The translations under genes and the position numbers were made by a program. The notes beneath the pieces are model-generated. The model was not told where the DNA came from. It searched no databases and saw only the letters and a program-made list of their open reading frames with translations. A DNA stretch of 64,000 nucleotides from an uncultured Nitrososphaeraceae archaeon. Lineage in GTDB: Archaea; Thermoproteota; Nitrososphaeria; Nitrososphaerales; Nitrososphaeraceae. The stretch is from positions 334,133 to 398,132 of the forward strand of contig CAWIMJ010000050.1 in the NCBI GenBank assembly GCA_963837175.1, read 5' to 3'. Of the stretch, positions 22,472 to 32,719 are shown one piece after another; position 1 is the first letter of the stretch; every line of letters starts with the position of its first letter.

Positions 22472-23035
22472 ATGGATCGATATATGATATATTTAAAAAA
22501 TGTCTCATATAAACCAAAAGATGCACAATCTCTATTATCAAGAGCAAGAGAATTAGTTTCAGACCAGACCATCATTATACGTGATACTCGGGTCTCGGAG
22601 AGTTTCATAGAATACGATACTAGCATTCCAGAAAATACAAGACTAAAAGAAGTTATAAGAAAGCTCGTATCTATTGCACCTTTGTTAGAGTATGAACAAA
22701 TTGCTGATAGGAAGATAGAAAAAGAGGAAGCTATAAAAATCGCGAGAAATTTGTTCAATACCGAAAAGTATTGGAGAGCACATGAGATTTTAGAATCTAT
22801 ATGGAAAAATTCTTATGGAAATGAAAAAGCTTTGCTTAATGGTATTATACTGATTGCAGCGGCTTTTGTTCATCATGAAAAAAACGAAAGCGAGATTTGT
22901 ATTTCAATATTAAAAAGAGCATTAAAGAAATTGGAAGGAGCAAGTGGATATTACTTCGGAATAGGACTGGATGAAATAAAAGATCGTATTTCAGAGATAC
23001 TTAAAACAGGAAATATACAGCGTTTAATCATCTAG
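22472..23035 (+). CDS. DUF309 domain protein
   Basis: LFNTEKYWRAHEILESIW...GIILIAAAFVH, the DUF309 signature. Confidence 0.88.
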   Translation: MDRYMIYLKNVSYKPKDAQSLLSRARELVSDQTIIIRDTRVSESFIEYDTSIPENTRLKEVIRKLVSIAPLLEYEQIADRKIEKEEAIKIARNLFNTEKYWRAHEILESIWKNSYGNEKALLNGIILIAAAFVHHEKNESEICISILKRALKKLEGASGYYFGIGLDEIKDRISEILKTGNIQRLII

Positions 23036-23746
23036 AAAAATTGAATTGTACTCGATTCAAAAAATTTTCTCTCTATTGATATTCATTATGTCTGTGAATC
23101 GCTAATATTACTAGATCTCTTCCTCTGAGGGAGGTCATTGTATTCATCTTCTTTATACATATATATTTCTATATATATCTATTTAGTTATGCTAGCTTTG
23201 CTTACTATCCTCTTGACGTCTTCTTCTAAGTATAAAAGCAATTCCTATGAGAGTAATAAGGATAGACAAAATTATGAAAAATGAGGTTTCATCTCTAACT
23301 GACCCTTTTGGTAGAACATAAAGAATGAATATATAAAGTGCACTTGACATAATCTATGTTTTATGAAGGAATATTTGGCCGTTACTAAAAATCTTTATAT
23401 TCTTTATATTAAACTACTTTATTGCTATTTTACTAGCTATAAATAATGGCGCGTGTTATAGTGACTATTATATTGATCTTTCAATATACTAAGTATAAAT
23501 TTCTTCACAAAACAATAGCACTGTTTTATGTTTCACTAAAATACTTGTAGAACATTTCTATTATAATAGTACCCATCGGTAGATAAATTTATCAAAGGTT
23601 TACCGTATTTAATGAATACACCCGACAACTAATAACAAACACCTAATATCTGATACAGTTAGTCGTAAAAGAAAGTCTTTTTCTATGCCGATATGTCTGT
23701 AAAAAGGCAAGGATTAATTATTGACATTTATCTTCATTATTATCGT

Positions 23747-23971
23747 ATGTCGACAAGTCCTGAATTTGGTCTAGCTACTATGTATCGTTTGATAAAAAAA
23801 TCAGGAGCAGAGAGAGTAAGCGATGAAGCAGCAGATGAGTTGCGAAAAGTTCTAGAAGATATTGCATATAGAATTGCACAACAGGGTGTAGATCTGTCTG
23901 TCCATGCTGGTAGAAAGACCATAAAATCTGATGATATTCGCCTAGCGGCTAAGAATATTTTAAAACTATAG
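23747..23971 (+). CDS. Archaeal histone (HMf family)
   Basis: RLIKKSGAERVSDEA...HAGRKTIKSDDI histone fold; ATG at 23747. Confidence 0.95.
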   Translation: MSTSPEFGLATMYRLIKKSGAERVSDEAADELRKVLEDIAYRIAQQGVDLSVHAGRKTIKSDDIRLAAKNILKL

Positions 23972-24131
23972 GATAGAGATAGACACGAATAGCCATCTCC
24001 TCAATTGCTATGAAAAATATTATTACATACAATGTCTCGCGATTAACTGCTTACCATCTTATAAATACTCTTACTATATTCAGAGTTTATATTAAAGAAT
24101 AATATTGGGATATTTCTTCTAATCAACGGAG

Positions 24132-24220
24132 GGTGGGGTGGCAGAGCGGCTATGCGTTCGCCTGCAGAGACCTACTAAACAGTCAGCGAATTTATAAGGG
24201 TTCGAATCCCTTCCCCACCT
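24132..24220 (+). tRNA. tRNA-Cys(GCA) with a 17-nt intron at the canonical 37/38 position (about 24168..24184)
   Basis: Acceptor stem GGTGGGG/CCCCACC, discriminator U, D-loop GGCAGAGCGG, anticodon stem TTCGC/GCGAA around CTGCAG[intron]A, and T-arm AAGGG-TTCGAAT-CCCTT. Confidence 0.93.
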
Positions 24221-24604
24221 AATTGTTCAATTTTTTAACTTGCAGGGATGATCAAAAAGCTTCCTTTTAAATTTTTTATAAATGCATTTTAATAGAGTAG
24301 AATGCTATAATAAAACTGAGTAATTAGATCATCCTTAGTGCAAATTTATAAACATCACAAACTAACAGATATCCCAGTCGCGATAAAAATTGGTTACTCG
24401 ACAAGGTGTCAAGACAAAATTATTCAGCTAGATTGATACAATGTTATAATAATATATTTATAATGTAACGGCCACATGTAATGCATGTCTTGCTACGAAT
24501 TAATACTATCTTTACTAAATATTGTAATAAAATATAATTATGGCACGATGCACGGAAGGTCTTAATAGATTGCAAAAGATCAAATTGGATTGGGCAACAA
24601 CTAA

Positions 24605-26264
24605 GTGATCACAGAGGTAAGAAAATCAATTAACGTGAGATCTCTTTTATCTAAATATGATGAAGTGCAGAATCCTGTACTCTCTCATTTTATATCTTCA
24701 ATACCAGAGACTTTCTCTTCAGCTGTGAAGATGTTGCTCTCATCATCTTCTAACATCACCGATGAGAGCAGTTTAATCCTAAAAAATAGAGGTACTATTG
24801 AGGAAATATATAGAAGAATTTCATCTGGAAGCTAACACTAACACTAATGAAGTGATCGATAGGTGTGATATGCTATCCAATCCTGCGACTGAAATTCTTA
24901 CTTCAACCCATCAACCAAATCTTTTCGCATATAGCGGTGTATTCAAAAAGATAGTCTTATCTCAGACTATTAAGAGGGCCGTGGAAGAGCAAAATAGCAA
25001 AAAAAAAATCATTGATTTATTTCTAATTGTCGATCATGATTTTATGGACGATATTTGGATCCGTGTTGCGCAACTTCCAAGTATGCACCATTCTGATGGA
25101 ATTCTTGAACTCCGATTGCCTATTAGTAACTCAAACAGATGGAGAATAGTCTCCCAGATGCAGCTGCCTAACCATACAATACTCCATTACTGGCGAAGAC
25201 AGCTAAATTCATGGATAAAAAATTCCACATCCATATCAAAGAGTATTGATAAAACAGCATTGACAAATAATTTTGAGGATTTCTGGCGCCAGGTCGAAAG
25301 TGCCTATGCTAAAGCAAAAACATATTCAGATTTTAATTCTTTCTTGATGTCTCAAATAGTCAATAATGTCTGGAAATATGATACACTTTTTGTTAGGCTC
25401 TCTAAGTTATCCTCAGTTTTCGAAGAAGGTTTTAAATACCTAATTTCTAACTTTAGCAGTTATTCAAATTGCCTTAGAAAAGCAGAAACTACTTTTATGC
25501 ATCGTGGCATACAAACAGGTGTTAGTTCCACCTCTTACCTGTATGCCCCATTATGGTTACATTGCAAGTGCGGCAGTAAGGCTTCTGTAAAAATCAAAAG
25601 AGATGGAGAACAATTAGAGCTTAATGGTATATGTATGTCATGTAAAAAGGATCTTCACTTAAACATTGGTAATCAGACTCAACTTAATTTATCAGATAAA
25701 ATTGTTCAAAATCTTTCTCCTCGGGCAATTCCAATACTATTGCTCCTTTGTAGAGATCTTGGAGTAACCAACCTTGTTTCTGGTACCGGAGGCAGCATGG
25801 ATTACACAATAGTTGCCAGCATCGTATTTAAAGAACTTGGTATTGATATGCCGCGTGTTCTAGTTTGGCCTTCTAATGATATTTACACTGGCATCGGTCA
25901 ATCTGGAGCAATGAACTTTTTAAAAATAACAGAACGGTCGGATGTATTGAAATATCTAGAAAAACTTAGACTCCAAAATGCCGAATATGAGAACAAGATA
26001 AAACCATTCATTATCGAAAGAGCACACAAAATTAAAGCGCATGAGCCTATCGACAAGCTTCTTTCCAATTTATTTGACCTTAAAGAAGCGCAACGCATTA
26101 TTCGTCAAAACATTAAGATAACAGAAAAAGTAAATAATATTCTAGGTTTAAAACCATGTTTTATAGATTATGCTGTGAACTTCGGAATGATGCAGACAGA
26201 ACAACTCTGGCGTAAGAATCTTTTAAACAACAAAAATTTGTTCACACCAGTTATTATGCACTAA
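24605..26264 (+). CDS. Uncharacterised HUP/Rossmann nucleotidyltransferase-like protein (BshC/WbqC-like N-terminus, Zn insertion); one gene with a frameshift in the A6 run at 24781-24786
   Basis: THQPNLFAYSGVFKK...FLIVDHDF, HCKCG...CMSC and LGVTNLVSGTGGSMDY. Deleting one A joins ORFs 24605..24835 and 24798..26264. Confidence 0.7.
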
Positions 26265-26288
26265 TCTGAGTGATGAGATTTATCGCCA

Positions 26289-27393
26289 ATGTTAAGAGAT
26301 CTAAAGTCCTACAAAACTACTGGCAATGAGACGATTAATGTAAGTGTATTAATTACTGCAGCAGGAAGCATAGTAGCGCAGGGAATTATTAAGTCTTTAA
26401 AACTAGCAAATCAAATAAGCAAGGCTGTGAAATATAGAATTATTGCTACTGACATGAGTGTTCAGGCTGCTGGTCTATATAGATGTGATAAAGGTATTTT
26501 AGTACCTCCATCTTCATCGCCAGATTATATAAATTCAGTTATAAAAATAGTCAATGAAGAAAATATTCAGGCAATTTATATAGGCTCCGACCAGGAATTG
26601 CTGATAATCGGTAATGCGAGCAGAATATATCGAACGCGAGACAGAAGCAAAAGTATTGAGTAATCCAATAGAAGTCGTAAATATTGCCAGAGATAAATGG
26701 AAGACGTTTGAATTTCTAAAAGCCAATAACCTCCCTTACACCTTATCATCTTTGCCAGAAGACAGTGATAAATTTATTCACAAGATCGGTTTTCCAATAG
26801 TTGTAAAGCCAAGAGAGGGCTATGGTTCATTGCATTTTTACATAGTGAATAATTTAGAAGAAATGAACTATGCAATATATAGAATAAGAAAAGTAGGATG
26901 GAATCCCATACTTCAAGAATATTTGGAGGGCGATGATGTAGAATTCACTTCCGGCGTCACAGTGGACAGACTTGGAAAATATGTGATGTCCTCAATTTCT
27001 ATTCAAAAGATAATAAAAAACGGTCAAACTTACAAGGCCTTTATAGGTGACTTTAAAAAAATAAGAAGTTCATCTGAAGAAACTGCCCTGAAATTGGGGA
27101 CTAGAGGGGCTATTAATATTCAAGCAAAGCTCCAAGGCGAAGAGCCAAAAATATTTGAAATCAATCCAAGATTTTCAGCAACTACTCCAATGCGGTCAAC
27201 TGCTGGAATAAATGAGCCAGATATTGTATTTCGTAACAACATTTTAGGGGAAGAAATTAAAATTGAGCATTATGAAAGGTTAATCTGCATGAGATATTGG
27301 AATGAAGTTTATATTAACTACTCTACTTATGAAAAAACCTTAAATGCGGGTAGAATAGATGGCGTTAATTCATTTATACATAATTATTTTTAG
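26289..27393 (+). CDS. ATP-grasp ligase (CarB-like/PylC-like); one gene with a frameshift near 26620
   Basis: VLITAAG, IIATD, ARDKWKT, VVKPREGYGS, LQEYLEG and FEINPRFS. One extra base separates the two ORFs. Confidence 0.85.
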
Positions 27394-27521
27394 GATGTGT
27401 TAGATAGACAACTGGCTAACCTCAAATTAATAAGATCACATCACAGTAAGCTACTTTGTTAATATACAATGGGAAATTTTGGTGTTTCTAGTAAGCCTAA
27501 GATAATATAATCGCAAATATA

Positions 27522-28160
27522 CTACCATTTAGTAACTTTAATTACTTCAAAAGCTTCTGCATATTTTACATTCATTTGATAGCCCCTGTAAGAACATCTT
27601 CCAACCACTGCGTCGATCCAAAAATTTCCGCAACGATTATTTTTTTGTGAATGAAAGCACTCTAATGCATTTGATTTCATCTTTAAGGTTTCAGTTATAT
27701 CAATATAGAGTTGAGGCCTAAAAGCACTCTCAGTTAATCCACCAGGAATAGTTGTTTCATACATTAAAAGATTATTACAATCTCGTGATGCTGCTATTAC
27801 AGCTCTAGTAAGAGCCTGGTGATCCTGATGTGAATCCCCTATCCATTGAGTAAAAACTGTTGCCTGTTCGTGCTTGTGAATTATTTCATCTATAATATTG
27901 ACGAATTTTCGTCCAATAGTTATCGCATCTGGAGGTAAATCTAAAAATTGTGGACTTTTACAGCCTAATGTCTTTGCAGACATAGTAGCTTCCATTCTTC
28001 GTTGTTCCTTGGTATCTGTTTTAACAAAATTTGGAAGTGTGGCTATAACCATGTTAACGTCATAGTCCATCCGAGCAAGTTTGGCCAGTGTTCCGCCCAT
28101 ACCTATTTCTAAATCATCTGGATGTGCTCCAAATGCTATTACTGATTGATTTTTGCTCAT
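27522..28160 (-). CDS. PIG-L family de-N-acetylase (BshB/MshB/LmbE-like)
   Basis: GAHPDDLEIGMGG, RRME, DSHQDH and HSQ motifs. Confidence 0.92.
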   Translation of the reverse strand: MSKNQSVIAFGAHPDDLEIGMGGTLAKLARMDYDVNMVIATLPNFVKTDTKEQRRMEATMSAKTLGCKSPQFLDLPPDAITIGRKFVNIIDEIIHKHEQATVFTQWIGDSHQDHQALTRAVIAASRDCNNLLMYETTIPGGLTESAFRPQLYIDITETLKMKSNALECFHSQKNNRCGNFWIDAVVGRCSYRGYQMNVKYAEAFEVIKVTKW

Positions 28161-28220
28161 TCCGACTTTTCTACTTCATTATTTATTTGTCTTTGCCATT
28201 CATATTAGATATAGACAAAA

Positions 28221-29189
28221 TTACATCTGATTCTCAATTCCTTTTATTTCTCTAGCTTCTCTATATCGTCTATAATCTTGATCTACTTCAATTGCTGCCT
28301 GTAGTATCTTACTTTTAATAGACTTTGATGAGTGCAAAAACATTTTAGTATCCTTTGGTAGACAATGTCCTCCAATTCCTTCTCTTGGCTCAAGAATATG
28401 TACATTCCATTTGGTATTTATAGCATCTCTTAGTTCTGAGAAATTTATGTTATTAGCCTGACAGTAAAGATAGAGATCTTCAGCAAATGCAATTTGTAAA
28501 TATCTGTGTGCATTTTCAGCAATCTTACTTAATTCTGCAATTTCTATGTCTGAAACTGGATGCATAGGAATACCCAGACTTTTACCTTTACCTTTACTTT
28601 TTTCATTAGTAATAGATGTAGTAGAAGTAGTAGAAGTAGAAGAAGAAGAACTGTTCATATTCTCAGACTTTCCATCATAGAAATACATGGCTACTTTGAG
28701 ACAACAATCACATACTCCACCTATTACACGCACCTGATTTACACCATGTTCTTGCTCTTCTAAAGCATACCATCGGTGTGGTGCATGAGCTACATGCAAT
28801 CTATGGTTAAGCATTTCAAATACTTTCTTTGAAGTTCCTTTTGGAATAGTACTCTCTATAGAAACAAGAGCACCATTCTTTGCTTCCTTTGATATTTTAT
28901 CTACTATTGATAATAAACCCTCAATTTGAGGAGAAAACATATCATCAGGTTTATGGGTTGATATACACAAAATATAAACATCAAAATCACTAAAGCTAGT
29001 AGCTTTTTTTATTCCTGCCGTTGTTTGTGCACGGTCCATTGCCTTAGAACTAATGTCATATCCATAGACATCAAATTCTTCTTGTTCCTTTATAAATTTG
29101 GCCACAGGTAGTCCAAGTTGACCAAGTCCAATTATCAGAATTTTATGAAGAGAAAATATCTGCGCTTTTTTTTCATCCACTGTTAGCAA
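28221..29189 (-). CDS. UDP-glucose/GDP-mannose dehydrogenase family protein lacking the C-terminal UDP-binding domain
   Basis: IGLGQLG, IESTIPKGT, AELSKIAEN..R and GIGGHCLPKD with the catalytic Cys. It ends about 45 aa after the Cys and has a poly-S/T insert. Confidence 0.88.
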   Translation of the reverse strand: MLTVDEKKAQIFSLHKILIIGLGQLGLPVAKFIKEQEEFDVYGYDISSKAMDRAQTTAGIKKATSFSDFDVYILCISTHKPDDMFSPQIEGLLSIVDKISKEAKNGALVSIESTIPKGTSKKVFEMLNHRLHVAHAPHRWYALEEQEHGVNQVRVIGGVCDCCLKVAMYFYDGKSENMNSSSSSTSTTSTTSITNEKSKGKGKSLGIPMHPVSDIEIAELSKIAENAHRYLQIAFAEDLYLYCQANNINFSELRDAINTKWNVHILEPREGIGGHCLPKDTKMFLHSSKSIKSKILQAAIEVDQDYRRYREAREIKGIENQM

Positions 29190-29451
29190 TATCTACCTAT
29201 AATAGGCGAGACAATAGTTATTAAAGTATTACGTAAAAAAAACCTGAATCTATTTATTATGAAATTTAACTGTTCTAATGTATAGGATATTGCTAGAAAC
29301 GATAGATTAACTTACAAAATATCTTAATAATATTATATCTCAAACATAATTCTAAGCATACAATGTTCTTCAGATAGCTACACTATTTCGTTAAACACTT
29401 CTATATGGGTAGTTAGCGATATTTATCTTGGGATTAAATAAACGTTAATAC

Positions 29452-30048
29452 TTGCTCAATAGATTTAGATCTCTGCTACAACCTGTAATGGAAAGAATAG
29501 GAAATATCTTTGCCTCATTGGGCTTTTCTCCCAACTTTTGGACTATGTGGGGTCTGATAGCATCAATATCTTCAGCGTTCGTCTATGGCGCGGCAGCGCC
29601 ATCTGTAGGTTTACCATGGTATTACGCCACAATGCTCGGAGGTATTCTATTATTAATCTCTGGCTTTTTCGACATCGTTGATGGTTCAGTCGCTAAAATA
29701 ACAAAACAAAGCTCAAAAAAAGGATCTTTTCTTGATTCTTCATTTGATAAAATCTCTGAAATCTCTGTATTCTTAGGTTTGACAATAGGAAATCTTGCAG
29801 AACCGATATTATGCATTATTGCATTGTCTTTATCGCTTCTCGTAAGCTACATTAGAGCTAGAGCAGAATCATTAGGAGTAGATCTGAAGGGCATAGGTAT
29901 AGGAGAAAGAGCAGAAAGGCTATTGATCCTGGCAATAATAGGAATGATACCAATTCCAGGTACTATACACTGGGCTTTGGCTATAGTATCAATAATTGCA
30001 GGTATAACCATAATTCAAAGGATGATAGCTACATACAAGAAGTTGTAA
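29452..30048 (+). CDS. CDP-alcohol phosphatidyltransferase (archaetidylinositol-phosphate synthase-like)
   Basis: SPN, DIVDGSVAK...GSFLDSSFD, SYIRARAE and ERAER. Confidence 0.92.
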   Translation: MLNRFRSLLQPVMERIGNIFASLGFSPNFWTMWGLIASISSAFVYGAAAPSVGLPWYYATMLGGILLLISGFFDIVDGSVAKITKQSSKKGSFLDSSFDKISEISVFLGLTIGNLAEPILCIIALSLSLLVSYIRARAESLGVDLKGIGIGERAERLLILAIIGMIPIPGTIHWALAIVSIIAGITIIQRMIATYKKL

Positions 30049-30054
30049 AATTAT

Positions 30055-30342
30055 CTATCTAAGTCTCCCAGCCGTTCGTCTATCTGATTCAGATCTAACT
30101 TTTACTATACCTCTATGCACAGCACACGAGACGCAATAAAACTTTACATCTGTAGAAGGTGCTATGTATGCTCCTTGTGCTTTAAGTTCTTTGGCAAGAG
30201 TTGGTTCTACAAGAGTAATCCTTCCTGTGACTTTCTTTGCTTTGTCACGAGGCACCATTGCGCCACATTGACTACAATGTACCGTACCAGAACTGCCTTT
30301 TCCCCCTTTAGTACGTCCTCTGCTGGTTCTCTTCTTCGGCAT
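30055..30342 (-). CDS. rps26e: 30S ribosomal protein S26e
   Basis: MPKKRTSRGR, CSQCGAMVPRDKAKK and YCVSCAVH...VKVRS. Confidence 0.97.
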   Translation of the reverse strand: MPKKRTSRGRTKGGKGSSGTVHCSQCGAMVPRDKAKKVTGRITLVEPTLAKELKAQGAYIAPSTDVKFYCVSCAVHRGIVKVRSESDRRTAGRLR

Positions 30343-30734
30343 CTAACAAATAAAGTCTTTTTCTATCCTTTAAATCTTATGATATCTATTCAGAATATAA
30401 TAGCAGCCTTGATCAGTCTTGTCAGAAGATAAATTATTTATATAATATTCCAATTGATTATATTTGCATATGCTATGATTTCTTTAGTCATTGATATTTT
30501 TAATAAGGTAAGGAGTGTATAGACCCTTTTATTCCCTTGTGCACATAGATAACGTAGATGATAATAAGTAATTGATGAATCTGTAATAACAATTACAATG
30601 AGATTAGCATGATTGGAAAAAATTTTAGGTATTGTAGCAACTGATAAATAGAGAATATGTGCAATTTTTTTTAACCTCTTAAATTGAACTCTTCCAAGGC
30701 AAATCATTAAAACAGATTCGTTTTAATAACTCAC

Positions 30735-31646
30735 ATGAAAATAGCAGTAGCGTCTCACATAGCATTGGATACAATTCAAGACATGCAAGGAAGGATTACT
30801 GAAAGCTTAGGCGGTCCGGCGTGCTACTCCAGTATAACAGCAAGGAGATTTAATTTTAAAGTGAAACTCGCTACAAAAGTAGGTAAGGATTTTTCTCAAG
30901 ACAACAGACTGATGTTACGTACTAATGGGATAGATATCGAGGATAATTTCTTCACTGACAACCCTACCACGAGATTTCGGATTATTCAAAGAAAAGATAG
31001 TAGAGAACTATTCTTGCTATCAAAATGTGCACCAATAACAATTGAAGATATTCAAGGAATCCAAACAAATTGTTGGATAGTAAGCCCTGTAATGGACGAG
31101 ATCCCTTATCCTGTACTCCATGAAATAGTGAAAGACAAGGATAACCTCGAGTTTGTGATGCTTGATCCACAAGGTTATATACGTACAGTAAATCCAGATG
31201 GAAGAATATCATTTCTTCATAATATAAGATTGGATTTGTCTAGAATATCGGCAATTAAAGTAGATCCTGAGGAACTCGCTGCTCTGACTGGTGGTCGTAA
31301 GGGAATTGAGGGTATGCATTTTCTACAAACCTTTAAAGGCATAAAATTTGTCATAGCTACAGAATATCAAATTATACGTTTATTATATAATAAAATGCAT
31401 TATTCGATAAAACTCCCTCCTATAGATTCACCGCATTCTACTGGTATTGGAGATATTTTATCGTCTTCTTTTTGTTGCGCATATTTGAAAGAAAAAGATC
31501 CGCTGTGGGCAATTTGTTTTGCAGCCGGTGCCGTACAAGGTGCGTTAGAAACAAATTTGGTGGGTTTAGAGAAGATACCATCAAAATCAAAGATTGAACA
31601 GAATGCGTCCTATTATTATAATACCGTATCATTCCAGGAAATTTAA
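30735..31646 (+). CDS. PfkB family carbohydrate/nucleoside kinase
   Basis: LGGPACY, DPQG and the STGIGD anion-hole motif. Confidence 0.88.
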   Translation: MKIAVASHIALDTIQDMQGRITESLGGPACYSSITARRFNFKVKLATKVGKDFSQDNRLMLRTNGIDIEDNFFTDNPTTRFRIIQRKDSRELFLLSKCAPITIEDIQGIQTNCWIVSPVMDEIPYPVLHEIVKDKDNLEFVMLDPQGYIRTVNPDGRISFLHNIRLDLSRISAIKVDPEELAALTGGRKGIEGMHFLQTFKGIKFVIATEYQIIRLLYNKMHYSIKLPPIDSPHSTGIGDILSSSFCCAYLKEKDPLWAICFAAGAVQGALETNLVGLEKIPSKSKIEQNASYYYNTVSFQEI

Positions 31647-31714
31647 TATAAAAAAAGCGAGTATATTTTTACCTTAAAATTGAAATAAATAATAATTTTA
31701 TATATAGATAGAGA

Positions 31715-32719
31715 ATGAAAATAGCACTTGCAGGAGCTGACTCTAGAGATGGAGCATTGCTATCTCAAATGAAAAAGACGCTTGACTCACTCAGTGTAGA
31801 CACGCAAGTAATGAAAAATGGCGATTATAAGCTCGCTAAGGAAGTTGACCTTGTTTTATTGGCAGGAGGAGACAAAAGCATTCTTAACTACTTCCATAAA
31901 GTTGAATCTGATTCTGCTCCAGTTTTAGGAATTTATGAATCCGACTCCACCGGATTCCTTGCCCAAATAGATGTCAAAGATTTAGAAATTGCAACTTCAA
32001 GATTAAAGAAAAGTGATTATGAAGTAGATGAGGTATTTCGTTTAGCAGTTAAAGTTGATGGTAGAGAGGTTGAACCTGTTCTGAACGATGTAGCCATTTT
32101 TCCAAGTAAAAGTGCAATTTTAATGGAACATGTACTTAAAATAGACGGGAAAGACATATGGCATGACAATAGTGACGGTGTTATAGTATCCACTCCGACA
32201 GGATCTACTGCATATTCAATGTCAGCAGGTGGCCCTATGGTTCTACAAAGATCTCAAGTATTTATAGTAGTATCGGTAAATTCCGTGGATAACACACGTC
32301 GTCCTATGGTTATCCCTAATGACACAATATTAGAGATTGCTGATATTATGAGTAGATATCATTGCGAAGTTATACTGGATGGCGGATGTAGGTTAAGAAT
32401 AAGAAAAATATTGGAATGCTATAAACACCAATTTCCAGCCAGACTTATCAGGCTAATGGGACACTCTTCTGCGACGTCGCTCATGGCTAAAAAGGTTAAA
32501 CTGGCAGAAGATTTGTTAAGCATGCCTCCAAGTGCAAAATTGATTTTAAAGACGTTAGAATATGAAGGTGCACTGAGTCAAAAAGATCTTTCCGTAAGAA
32601 CGATGCTTCCAGAGCGAACTATAAGGCTCTCACTTAGCCATTTGCTTAATCTCGGCTATGTTAAGAAGAAGACATCTTTACGCGATGCAAGACAGAGAAT
32701 TTATGAACTTAGAATTTAG
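31715..32719 (+). CDS. NAD(+) kinase with a C-terminal winged-HTH domain
   Basis: GGD, GFLA, LND and DGVIVSTPTGSTAYSMSAGGP; C-terminal PPSAKLILKTLEYEGALSQKDL...RTIRLSL wHTH. Confidence 0.9.
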   Translation: MKIALAGADSRDGALLSQMKKTLDSLSVDTQVMKNGDYKLAKEVDLVLLAGGDKSILNYFHKVESDSAPVLGIYESDSTGFLAQIDVKDLEIATSRLKKSDYEVDEVFRLAVKVDGREVEPVLNDVAIFPSKSAILMEHVLKIDGKDIWHDNSDGVIVSTPTGSTAYSMSAGGPMVLQRSQVFIVVSVNSVDNTRRPMVIPNDTILEIADIMSRYHCEVILDGGCRLRIRKILECYKHQFPARLIRLMGHSSATSLMAKKVKLAEDLLSMPPSAKLILKTLEYEGALSQKDLSVRTMLPERTIRLSLSHLLNLGYVKKKTSLRDARQRIYELRI

